The notes under the pieces were generated by a model, which made no database searches, was not told where the DNA came from, and saw only the letters and a list, made by a program, of their open reading frames with translations. From an uncultured bacterium (GTDB taxonomy: Bacteria; Babelota; Babeliae; Babelales; RVW-14), in the NCBI GenBank assembly GCA_963759805.1, contig CAVXAT010000001.1, forward strand, positions 224,001-288,000: a stretch of DNA of 64,000 bases, given 5' to 3'. The first letter of the stretch is position 1, and the number at the start of each line of letters is the position of its first letter. The position numbers and the translations under genes are program-made. Of this stretch, positions 36,842-45,856 are shown piece after piece.

Positions 36842-39094
36842 ATGAATATTTATTTTAGAAAAAACAGAGCATTGATTTCAAAAGTATTGCTGATAATTTT
36901 TGGTGCGAATTTTGGATTATCTTTTTTAGCCGCTGAGACGCAAGCATCTGGGGTACAAACATCCAGCGGGGTACAGACATCAAGCGCTGTGGATAATCGA
37001 CAAACCGTTTATTCGAAAATTTCGGATATGCATATGCCTTCTGTAAAAATGGAGGATTCTAAAGAGCAATCTGAAATGAAAAAAAAACAGGAGGAGAACG
37101 ATAAAGCTTATAATGAGATGCTGACCAATGCAAAGTTTAAAGAGATTAAAATTCCTGCAGTTGGGGATATTGAAAAGCTAAGATTGATATATCAGCTTTT
37201 TCATGGGCGCAGTTTGCAGCTCAATGATGTTATTGGTTGTAGTCGTCCGGTTCTTAATGACAATGTTTTTACCGATTTGCAGATCTACTGTGGTTCGATG
37301 ACCGATTTAAAGCACCATGTTTTTGGGGTTATTGATAATACAGTTACAAGTTTTGGTAAAGTTGAGTTACAACGCTTTTTATATCAAAGGTCTGATTCTG
37401 TTGAACAACTTAAATATGAAATTAAGAATAGGCAGGATATTGTAAAATACCTGGTTGAAAATCCATTTTTGTGCGACAAAATTGAAAAGCAGCTTAAAAT
37501 TGTTAAGCAGGGTGAGACGGATATGCTCTGGTTTTGGAAGGCGTTGGAATTTTCAATCCAAAAATATACTGAGCAGTATTATTTTAAGGGATTTTTGTCC
37601 GGATTAAATGAATCCACAGGGCCTCTTGAACTCCAATCTCTTATGACTACAGTTGTTGCTCCTGCAGACGTAGCTCTTATGGATGCTTTTATGGTAGGAG
37701 TTGGCGCAATTGTGTTGTATAAAGCTTCAAGAGTAGAAAACCTTTGGGCTATGGGTGGGGCAGTTGCCTACTCTGGCCTTTTACTTTTTGGCTCTTATAT
37801 GATGACAAGTATGATTCTTGGATTGGTTCAAACTTTCAATGGCATAACAAATGATATTCAGGATAAGCTGGCAAGTACGGCAAGAATAACGCAAGCTTCT
37901 GCAGCGCTTGCAAAAATTCTAGCTTCTGATGCCAAAATGCCAGTGCTTTGGGATAATTTCAAGAAACTGCAAACAAGTGCGATGCAGGCTCAAGATGGTC
38001 GTGATTTACAAGATCTGTTAAAAAAATTACAGGCAGGAACATTTAAAAGCGAACCTTCATATTTTTCGAACAAAGGGCGAGTGCTGGCGACTTGTAAAAA
38101 GATGTTGCGCTTGAAAGACAATTTTATCAATTCGATTAAGGCCATCGGCGAACTTGATGCATATCTCTCGATTGCAAAGCTCTATTTAAAACATGTAAAC
38201 AATTCTAATGCAAAATACTGCTTTCCTGAAATTATTGAATCAGACAGGCCGTATGTTAATGTAAGCAGAATGTGGCATCCATTTCTTAATCCTGACAAAG
38301 TTGTTACTAATGATATTGAACTTGGACAGGATCAGGCTCAACGAGACTCGTCTCAAAATGTTATTTTGACAGGTCCGAATGCTGCGGGTAAATCAACATT
38401 CTTAAAGGCTTTCACAGTCTCATTAATTTTGGCACAGTCTTTTGGTATAGCTCCTGCCAGTGCAATGAGATTTACCCCATTCATTAAAATCAATACTTAT
38501 TTAAATATATCAGATGAAGAGGGTAGGGAGTCGTTGTTTCAGGCCGAAATGCGACGAGCTCAAGAGCTACTTCGTTCAATCAAGGGGTTGAAAAAAGGTG
38601 AATTTAGCTTTGTTATTATGGATGAAATTTTCACTGGCACAAATCCAAAAGAAGGAACTGCGGGTGCATATGGGGTGGCAAAGAGCGTGTCTAAATATCT
38701 ACAATCAATCTGTATTGTTGCAACACACTTCAAGAAACTTACAGAACTTGAAGAGGATACGAATGGAAGATTTAAGAATTACAAAGTCTATGTAAATAAA
38801 TCTGATACGGGTGATATTGATTATCCTTATAAAGTTGTGCCTGGAATTTCAGATCAAACAATAGCGTTACTGTTATTGGAGAAACAGGGCTTTGATCGAG
38901 AGATTTTGGATGAGGCTTATAAAGCGTTTAATGATGATGAATATGTTCTTGATAGCGTGAAGGGTGAACCTGCTAAACTGGTTCGTGTAGTTGATTTAGG
39001 GGCTGAAGCTGGTGAATATGTTCTTGATAGCGTGAAGGGTGAACCTGCCAAATTGGTTCGTGTAGTTGATTTAGGGGCTGAAGCTGCAGCGTGA
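36842..39094 (+). CDS. MutS-like ATPase (core + ATPase domains only) with signal-like N-terminus and two TM segments
   Basis: LTGPNAAGKST, SLFQAEM, MDEIFTGTN, VATHF; no mismatch-binding domain; duplicated 25-aa C-terminal peptide. Confidence 0.85.
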   Translation: MNIYFRKNRALISKVLLIIFGANFGLSFLAAETQASGVQTSSGVQTSSAVDNRQTVYSKISDMHMPSVKMEDSKEQSEMKKKQEENDKAYNEMLTNAKFKEIKIPAVGDIEKLRLIYQLFHGRSLQLNDVIGCSRPVLNDNVFTDLQIYCGSMTDLKHHVFGVIDNTVTSFGKVELQRFLYQRSDSVEQLKYEIKNRQDIVKYLVENPFLCDKIEKQLKIVKQGETDMLWFWKALEFSIQKYTEQYYFKGFLSGLNESTGPLELQSLMTTVVAPADVALMDAFMVGVGAIVLYKASRVENLWAMGGAVAYSGLLLFGSYMMTSMILGLVQTFNGITNDIQDKLASTARITQASAALAKILASDAKMPVLWDNFKKLQTSAMQAQDGRDLQDLLKKLQAGTFKSEPSYFSNKGRVLATCKKMLRLKDNFINSIKAIGELDAYLSIAKLYLKHVNNSNAKYCFPEIIESDRPYVNVSRMWHPFLNPDKVVTNDIELGQDQAQRDSSQNVILTGPNAAGKSTFLKAFTVSLILAQSFGIAPASAMRFTPFIKINTYLNISDEEGRESLFQAEMRRAQELLRSIKGLKKGEFSFVIMDEIFTGTNPKEGTAGAYGVAKSVSKYLQSICIVATHFKKLTELEEDTNGRFKNYKVYVNKSDTGDIDYPYKVVPGISDQTIALLLLEKQGFDREILDEAYKAFNDDEYVLDSVKGEPAKLVRVVDLGAEAGEYVLDSVKGEPAKLVRVVDLGAEAAA
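38939..39085 (+). repeat. 75-bp tandem duplication encoding EYVLDSVKGEPAKLVRVVDLGAEA
   Basis: Copies start at 38939 and 39014; a third copy is at 42011. Confidence 0.95.
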
Positions 39095-39105
39095 TAGATA
39101 ATAAA

Positions 39106-39168
39106 AGTTAGCTTATTGATTTTAAATTAATTTACGCCGGAGGAGTTAGTAAAATCCTCCGGCATTTT
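39106..39168 (+). terminator. Intergenic repeat/terminator, copy 2 of 3
   Basis: GCCGGAGGA...TCCTCCGGC hairpin followed by ATTTT. Confidence 0.8.
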
Positions 39169-39207
39169 AATTGGTTTTTTTATTGCGAGCTTTTTTGTAA
39201 TAGGTGT

Positions 39208-40428
39208 GTGATGAGAAATACTTTTGAGCGTTGGTTTTTTAGATTAGCGTTGCTGTCTTTTTTATTACTAAATTCTTTGTGCTTAAACGGCATGGCTTCG
39301 AGTGCTGGTACTGAGCAGCAACAAATCCCAGCAGACCAAAAAGAAGAGTTATCTGAGCTCAATAAAGAGTTTGGGACTGTAGCTGCTGAGTTTGACAAAG
39401 AGCTTCCAGCATTACAGTCATTAAGAGAAGAGTTTAGTAAATTTTTAGATGATGTAGATTTGAATGATTCTGGATGGTTTAAGGATTTTAGAAACAAAGT
39501 ATTGTATGAATTGCCGACAGAAGGCTCTTTTACTATGGGCATTTATGGTGAAGATGTTTTACATTTACTGTTTTTAATTGCATATGTCTTTGTTGATAAG
39601 ATTTTTTTTGATAATGTGAAAAAGTATTATTTCCAAATGGTTTCTAGTAATTTCAAAGAAAAACGAGAATTGTTGCGATCTTGTTATAATGAAATTTCCG
39701 GCTTGGAGACAAAGAAATTCTTAGAAAATTCAAAATTAAAACAAAAATTCATAAAAGATTGTTGTTCTAGTTTGAATATCGATCGAGGCCTTGATTATAG
39801 GCTGTTCTCTAACATTTTTATTAATCTGTTTTTTAAAGAGATAGTTAAGTTCTTTGAACATCAGGTATTTCCCTTCGGCAATACAGGATTCTTTGCACTT
39901 TTAAGAAAGGAAAAAAAGAATGCGGAACGCCATGTTGTTTCTCTTTATCCGTTTATTGAATTCTATTTGAAGCCGTATTTTTTTGGAATAACTCCGTTTG
40001 TAGAAGATAAAATGCCTGTGGTGAGGGGCTTTTTGCTTCGACTGGTTGGATGGGATTATAAAATTTTATCGTCGTATGGTTTTGATTTGTGCAAACGAAC
40101 TATGGTTTTAGGGATATTTTTGAAGAGATTAACCGTGTGGTATCAAAACTTATTTAAAGTCTATCTTGATAAAAATATGGAACTATTTTTAAAGATTTTA
40201 TCAGATTTAAATGCGACAAGTGCAACGGATGATGAGCATTTCAAGGCAGCGGAAACAGAACTTAAGGATTTTATTACAAAGGGCTTTGAGTGCTCTTTTA
40301 AAACATGGTTTGATTATAAAAATAGCTGCTGTGCTAACTTTGGTCTGCTATTTGAAACGGTGCTATTATTGCCGGCTATTTGTAAGGGTGGAAAATTAAT
40401 TTACGATAATTATGCTGCGAAAGGTTAA
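39208..40428 (+). CDS. Hypothetical protein with signal peptide
   Basis: 406-aa ORF, hydrophobic N-terminus, overlaps the next gene. Confidence 0.7.
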   Translation: MMRNTFERWFFRLALLSFLLLNSLCLNGMASSAGTEQQQIPADQKEELSELNKEFGTVAAEFDKELPALQSLREEFSKFLDDVDLNDSGWFKDFRNKVLYELPTEGSFTMGIYGEDVLHLLFLIAYVFVDKIFFDNVKKYYFQMVSSNFKEKRELLRSCYNEISGLETKKFLENSKLKQKFIKDCCSSLNIDRGLDYRLFSNIFINLFFKEIVKFFEHQVFPFGNTGFFALLRKEKKNAERHVVSLYPFIEFYLKPYFFGITPFVEDKMPVVRGFLLRLVGWDYKILSSYGFDLCKRTMVLGIFLKRLTVWYQNLFKVYLDKNMELFLKILSDLNATSATDDEHFKAAETELKDFITKGFECSFKTWFDYKNSCCANFGLLFETVLLLPAICKGGKLIYDNYAAKG

Positions 40429-42091
40429 GTATATGGATTTTGTAAGTAAGTGGAGAGAGCGCTTAGGTTGTAGTGGATATTTTAAGATTTTGATATTTGG
40501 CTTAGGGTTTACGTGTTTAAATAACGCTTATGCAATGCAAGGTGGGCATGGAATTCAAGATGCGAAGTGGTTACAGGATTTAGCTAAGGAAATGGAGAGA
40601 GCGGGAGAGAATTTTGCCAGGGAGAGAGAGGATCACAAGCGAGAGAATGCACATCAAGAAGAATGGTTAGTTGATGAGATACGAAATTTGAAAGCGAATG
40701 GTGTTGACGATAGTGATCCACGAATAAAGCAGGCAGAGAGAAGAATCGGAGAATTAGCTCAGGAAAAACAGACGCAAGATAAGATTGGTGATTTCGGGCT
40801 AGATGTTGTAAAGGGAGTTTGGGGCGCTGTTTTGGGGGATTATAACAAAGAGCAACGTATTGAAGAGGTGCAGAGAAAAGCATTGGCGGATGGTTTTATG
40901 AATAATAAAGGAGCAAGAGAGCGCCTGCAAGCGCTTATGGACCGGATGAAGGATCCAGAGCAGTTATTAAAGTTTGCTATTTTTGCTGCCGGTGTAACAC
41001 TCGGCGTTGTTGGTGTTTATTACGTGGTCAAATTATTTTATCAGTATGTTGAAGCCAGAATGGGCAAACCAAATCTTGTTAGAGAGTCTTCAATTCATGG
41101 ATTTAAACAGGCATTGAAGAAATTCGTGATTTCGATTTTCAGCGGCGAACAGGATCTTGAAGCTGTTCTGAGTGATATTATTTTATCACCTGACATTCAG
41201 GAGAAAGTTTACTTGTTGGCAGATGACACGAAGAACACAAAAGAGTTTAATTTGCCATACCAAAACGTTTTATTTTACGGTCCTCCGGGAACAGGTAAAA
41301 CAGAGTTTGCAAAAATTCTTTCAAGATATTCAGATATGGATTATGCAGTACTTTCGGGCGCCGATTTTAGTCAGTTTAAAAACGGAGAAGGCATTACAGA
41401 GTTGCATAAGTTATTTGAATGGGCAAATAAGAGTAAGCGCGGTTTGATTATTTTTATAGATGAGGCGGATGCCTGTTTTAGAGATCGTGCAACGCTTGAT
41501 AAGGATGGTGTCAATCTTGTTAACGCTTTCTTGTCTCATACGGGATCAAGCTCTGATAAATTTATGATTATTCTTGCTACAAATTATGAAAATGAGCTTG
41601 ATGCAGCGGTTAGAAGCCGTATTCACAAAAAGGTTCCATTCCTATTACCGGCACTTGAAGAACGCTTTAAAATTTTTAAGTTAAAACTTACAAAGTATGT
41701 TCTTAACGATAAGCGTGCTTATTACAAAGAGGGTGTTTGGGTTGAAGAACATCTTGAAGTTGAGGCTGCAGTGGATGATGCATTCTGGAGAGAGATCTCT
41801 ACGCGAACTGAAGGCTTTTCTGGCCGTGACATAGACCAAGCGATTGGTGAAATTAGATTGCGTGCGTATCGTTCAGGCGCTAATCTTGTGACAAAAGAGA
41901 TTGTCGAAACCGTTATTAAAGATAAAATTGCTCAGATAAAGAAAGATAAAGAGTCAACAGAGTATCAAAAGCAGAAGTTTGAGCATATGTTTAATATTCA
42001 TAAGAATGATGAATATGTTCTTGATAGCGTTAAAGGCGAACCTGCTAAATTAGTCCGTGTATCTGATTTGCCAGCTGATGCTCTTGCTTAA
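40412..42091 (+). CDS. ATAD3-like AAA+ ATPase
   Basis: Coiled coil, TM helix, YVEARMGKPNLVRESS, NVLFYGPPGTGKT, MDYA, LHKLFEWA..SKRGL.IFIDEADA, NAFL..TG..S.KFM. Confidence 0.85.
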   Translation: MLRKVKYMDFVSKWRERLGCSGYFKILIFGLGFTCLNNAYAMQGGHGIQDAKWLQDLAKEMERAGENFAREREDHKRENAHQEEWLVDEIRNLKANGVDDSDPRIKQAERRIGELAQEKQTQDKIGDFGLDVVKGVWGAVLGDYNKEQRIEEVQRKALADGFMNNKGARERLQALMDRMKDPEQLLKFAIFAAGVTLGVVGVYYVVKLFYQYVEARMGKPNLVRESSIHGFKQALKKFVISIFSGEQDLEAVLSDIILSPDIQEKVYLLADDTKNTKEFNLPYQNVLFYGPPGTGKTEFAKILSRYSDMDYAVLSGADFSQFKNGEGITELHKLFEWANKSKRGLIIFIDEADACFRDRATLDKDGVNLVNAFLSHTGSSSDKFMIILATNYENELDAAVRSRIHKKVPFLLPALEERFKIFKLKLTKYVLNDKRAYYKEGVWVEEHLEVEAAVDDAFWREISTRTEGFSGRDIDQAIGEIRLRAYRSGANLVTKEIVETVIKDKIAQIKKDKESTEYQKQKFEHMFNIHKNDEYVLDSVKGEPAKLVRVSDLPADALA

Positions 42092-42111
42092 GAAAGAACG
42101 AAAGTTGGTTT

Positions 42112-42165
42112 GTTAGTTTTAAATTAATTTGCACCGGCGGAAGTAATAAAATCCGCCGGTTTTTT
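42112..42165 (+). terminator. Intergenic repeat/terminator, copy 3 of 3
   Basis: ACCGGCGGA...TCCGCCGGT followed by a T-run; shares TTTTAAATTAATTT with copies 1 and 2. Confidence 0.8.
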
Positions 42166-42175
42166 ACACTTTATA

Positions 42176-42222
42176 CCGCTCGTCCTGAGTGATTTGCGTA
42201 GCAAATCGTATCGAAGGATGCG
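42176..42222 (+). repeat. 47-bp palindromic repeat (type A), left arm flanking the GIY-YIG gene
   Basis: Exact reverse complement of 42599-42645. Confidence 0.95.
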
Positions 42223-42296
42223 AGTTGTCACTCAGCATGAGCGGAATCGTATCGACGGATGAAGCGGCGTCAACGCAGTGCACTGATGGGAGAGAT

Positions 42297-42590
42297 ATGG
42301 AATATTTTTATGTCTATATTTTAAAATGCAGCGATGGATCTTACTATACTGGGCACACCGACAACATTGAAGCACGTATATCTCAGCATCAACAAGGCTT
42401 GATAAAAAGTTGTTATACTGCAACCCGGTTACCGGTAATTGTTGTTTTTGTTCAAACATTTGGAAGCAGGAATGAAGCATTTATTGCTGAACGCAAAATA
42501 AAGGGTTGGTCGAAATCCAAAAAAGAGGCTTTAATAAGGGGGGATTGGGGATTGATTTCATTTTTATCAAAAAAAATATTTTTAAAATAA
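42297..42590 (+). CDS. Small stand-alone GIY-YIG nuclease (UPF0213/YhbQ-like, 97 aa)
   Basis: FYVYILKCSDGSYYTGHT, R..QH, YT..RLPV, EA..AERKIKGWS..KKEALI; ATG after GGGAGAG. Confidence 0.9.
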   Translation: MEYFYVYILKCSDGSYYTGHTDNIEARISQHQQGLIKSCYTATRLPVIVVFVQTFGSRNEAFIAERKIKGWSKSKKEALIRGDWGLISFLSKKIFLK

Positions 42591-42598
42591 ATGTTGGC

Positions 42599-42645
42599 CG
42601 CATCCTTCGATACGATTTGCTACGCAAATCACTCAGGACGAGCGG
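42599..42645 (-). repeat. 47-bp palindromic repeat (type A), right arm flanking the GIY-YIG gene
   Basis: CGCATCCTTCGATACGATTTGCTACGCAAATCACTCAGGACGAGCGG. Confidence 0.95.
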
Positions 42646-42767
42646 CCAGTGATGGTATGTCGGGATGGGTAGTCAAAAAATTTGCGAATTCCAGGTTGGT
42701 GCAAATCCCAGATTAGGTGGAAAAAATCTATGTCTGACTGTTATAACGAACGTGCACGCTTAGGGCT

Positions 42768-42800
42768 TTTAAAAAAATTAGGGCCGCAACTCGCGGCCCT
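42768..42800 (-). terminator. dnaK terminator
   Basis: AGGGCCGC-GAGTT-GCGGCCCT then AATTTTTTT on the minus strand. Confidence 0.7.
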
Positions 42801-42840
42801 TTGAAACGATTACTTCAGAATATTTATTTTCTTAGTTTGC

Positions 42841-44772
42841 TTACTTCTTTTCTTCGAAGTCTGTGTCGATTGGTTTGTCATTTGGGTTACTGTTCTCGCC
42901 GGATTTATTGTCATCGGTGCTTTGGTTACCGGAAGTTTGTTGCCCTTCGGGGCCAGCCTGTTGCTGCTTCTCTTTGTATAAAATTTCGGCAATTTTGTAC
43001 GATGCTTGAATCAGATCATCAGCTGCTTTTGCAAGTGCTTGTGCATCATTCTCATTTTCTTTAAGCGCTTTTTTAGCAGTTTCAATTGCAGCTTCGACAC
43101 TGTTTACTTCAGCGATTGGAAGTTTGTCTTTGTTCTCTTTGATTGTCTTTTCGATCTGCATGATTGTACTGTCCAGATGATTGCGCTTGTCGACAACTTC
43201 GCGTTGTTTTTTGTCATCTTCCGCATGTAGTTGTGATTCTTTTACCAGCTTATCAATCTCTTCTTTGGAAAGACCTGAGGATGATGTTATTGTGATGTTT
43301 TGTTCCTTGCCGGTTCCAATATCTTTTGCCGATACGTGAACTATACCATTTGCATCGATGTCGAATGTTACTTCGATTTGTGGCATGCCGCGTGGGGCTG
43401 AAGGGATTCCATCTAATCTGAATCTACCTAGCGTTTTATTATCTTTGGCAAATTCTCTTTCGCCTTGTAGAACATGGATGTCAACAGCAGTTTGATTATC
43501 TTCAGCTGTTGAGAAAGTTTGTGATTTTTTTGTTGGAATAGTAGTGTTACGTTCAATGATTTTTGTTGATACGCCGCCCATTGTTTCAATACCAAGTGAG
43601 AGGGGGGTTACATCGAGCAACAGCACGTCCGTTACATCTCCGCCCAGAACGCCGCCTTGAATTGCAGCTCCGACAGAGACAACTTCATCGGGGTTTACAG
43701 ATTTATTTGGCTCTTTGCTAAAGAAATCTTTAATCATAGATTGTACTTTGGGGATTCGGGTTGAACCACCAACCAATATTACCTCTTGAATTTCTTTGGT
43801 TGTAAGCCCTGCGTCAGCGAGTGCCTTTTTGCATGGTTCGAAGAGCTTGTTGAAAATATCTTGGCAAAGATTTTCAAATTTTGCTCTGGACAATTTGAGT
43901 GTCAAATGTTTTGGGCCGGTTGCATCTGCGGTGATATATGGAAGATTGATTTCAGTTTCAGTTGTAGAAGATAGCTCGATTTTGGCTTTTTCGGCAGCCT
44001 CTTTTAGTCGTTGTAGTGCAAGTTTGTCTTTTTTTAAATCGATACCATTTTCTTTTTTAAATTCATCTACTAAGAAATTTATAATTTTTTCATCGATATT
44101 GTCACCACCGAGCATTGTGTCGCCATTTGTGGATTTAACTTCGACTACTCCATCGCCAACTTCTAATACTGATATATCAAATGTTCCTCCACCGAAGTCA
44201 AAAACTGCAATTGTTTCGTTTGTTTTTTTATCCATCCCGTAGGCGAGTGCTGCGGCAGTTGGTTCGTTGATGATTCGTTTTACGTCTAGGCCCGCGATTT
44301 TACCGGCATCTTTGGTCGCTTGACGTTGTGCGTCATTGAAGTATGCGGGAACGGTGATAACTGCAGAGACAATTTTTTCGCCCAGATAATCCTCGGCCGC
44401 TTGTTTTAATTTCTGCAGAACGGCTGAAGATATTTCTTGTGGTGAAAGCTGCTTGCCTTGAATTTCGATTGCAACGTCGCCATTACTGGCTTCAACCATC
44501 TTATATGGGACAAGATGCTTTTCCTCGCTGGTTAAACTTGAAAATTTGCGGCCAATGAATCTTTTGGCAGAATAAATTGTGTTTTCTGGGTTTGTTATTG
44601 CTTGACGCTTTGCAATTGCGCCGACTAAACGTTGTCCGTCTTTTGTGAATGCAACGATGGATGGGGTTGTGTTGGCACCCTCCTGGTTTGGGATGACTTT
44701 GAAAGTTCCCGCTTCCATTACTGATACAACCGAGTTAGTTGTACCTAGATCTATTCCTATAATTTTTGCCAT
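42841..44772 (-). CDS. dnaK: Chaperone DnaK (Hsp70)
   Basis: [34 protein letters not shown]. Confidence 0.98.
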   Translation of the reverse strand: MAKIIGIDLGTTNSVVSVMEAGTFKVIPNQEGANTTPSIVAFTKDGQRLVGAIAKRQAITNPENTIYSAKRFIGRKFSSLTSEEKHLVPYKMVEASNGDVAIEIQGKQLSPQEISSAVLQKLKQAAEDYLGEKIVSAVITVPAYFNDAQRQATKDAGKIAGLDVKRIINEPTAAALAYGMDKKTNETIAVFDFGGGTFDISVLEVGDGVVEVKSTNGDTMLGGDNIDEKIINFLVDEFKKENGIDLKKDKLALQRLKEAAEKAKIELSSTTETEINLPYITADATGPKHLTLKLSRAKFENLCQDIFNKLFEPCKKALADAGLTTKEIQEVILVGGSTRIPKVQSMIKDFFSKEPNKSVNPDEVVSVGAAIQGGVLGGDVTDVLLLDVTPLSLGIETMGGVSTKIIERNTTIPTKKSQTFSTAEDNQTAVDIHVLQGEREFAKDNKTLGRFRLDGIPSAPRGMPQIEVTFDIDANGIVHVSAKDIGTGKEQNITITSSSGLSKEEIDKLVKESQLHAEDDKKQREVVDKRNHLDSTIMQIEKTIKENKDKLPIAEVNSVEAAIETAKKALKENENDAQALAKAADDLIQASYKIAEILYKEKQQQAGPEGQQTSGNQSTDDNKSGENSNPNDKPIDTDFEEKK

Positions 44773-45306
44773 TTGTTTATCCTTATTTAATCAAGATTCA
44801 ATCAAGATTTTAGTTTTAAATCTAATAAATTCTCATGTCTATGTCTTATTTTTTCATACTAAGCTTATTTTAGTCACTTAATGAAGGTAAGTCAAGTAAA
44901 ATATTAGAAAATCTTAGCGTAACACACTAAGATTTTTGGTCCGGTTTGGGTGGGGGGCATGTCAATGTCGTGTAAATAAATATTATGTAAAAGAAGGGGG
45001 TGCGCCCAGGCTGGCAGGTGAGTGCGACGAGCACTTTTTGCGATTTGCGCGATTCGGCACTCCGTCTCACCCCGCCAGCCAATTACATGGGGGCTTGGGG
45101 GGATTTACGTGGGCATTTTTCGTGGGGGAAATTACGGGGGTATTTTGTGGGGATTTTCGTGGGTGTTTTTATGAGGCTGGTGGGGTTCGCCTCCGTGCGA
45201 ATGCGTGGGATAAACCATGGGGGAATATTAATGTGTAATATTTATATTGGAGGAGTGGGTATGAGGGTAAGTGAGTATGAGCATATAGGAATATTATTGA
45301 TCCATG

Positions 45307-45392
45307 GATCCTGAATCAAGTTCCCGGCCTTCGCACAAGGCTACGGCGGACGCAGCAGGATGACAAAACTCAGGATGACAAAACTGAGGATG
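45307..45392. repeat. Type-C palindrome interrupted by a 33-bp type-B element, followed by short AAAACTCAGGATG repeats
   Basis: GATCCTGAATCAAGTTC[45324-45356]AGGATGACA. Confidence 0.85.
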
Positions 45393-45856
45393 GGATATTT
45401 ATATTCAGGATACATGATAAATGACAACAATAGCTGTACATGTGTTATATCAAGATAAAGACAATAAGCTGTGCATGCGTTCTACATACATACGTTCTAA
45501 TTGCATTAGAGGGAGGGTGCAGACATAACTAAAAAAGGAGCGTGCTAGATGGTGCGTAGATTGAGCTAGGTTGCGTACACATTTATATATATGCATGTGC
45601 ATGTATATACACGCGCGCGTATATATTACCAATCGCACGATAACATGTAAAACTTAGGCTTAAAAACCCCAAACGATCTTAATTAATAAATTAAACTTAT
45701 CAAAACTAAATTAACTCAAAAGTTTCAAATTAAAATTTTTAATGGTTGCTGAAAAACTTAAATACAGAGAACACCAAAAAAGGGAAAAGCGCGACGTTGT
45801 AAAAAAAGGCGTATATTTTTTTTGCACTTAATTGTGTTGAGGATTATTTGGGATAT

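Noticed and set aside
42189..42296. Extended N-terminus of the GIY-YIG ORF
   Set aside because: It translates the palindromic repeat; ATG at 42297 has an RBS and starts the domain.
44860..44940. CIRCE operator upstream of dnaK
   Set aside because: The inverted repeat has a 9-bp spacer but its arms do not match TTAGCACTC/GAGTGCTAA.
44965..44993. dif site
   Set aside because: TTATGTAAAAG resembles the XerD arm, but the XerC arm is poor and would need a 7-bp spacer.
44936..45638. Short ORFs 44936..45238, 45000..45314 and 45450..45638
   Set aside because: Low-complexity G/T-rich or alternating DNA with no recognisable motifs; probably non-coding.
44773..45856. oriC
   Set aside because: I saw no cluster of TTATCCACA-type DnaA boxes and no dnaA/dnaN context.
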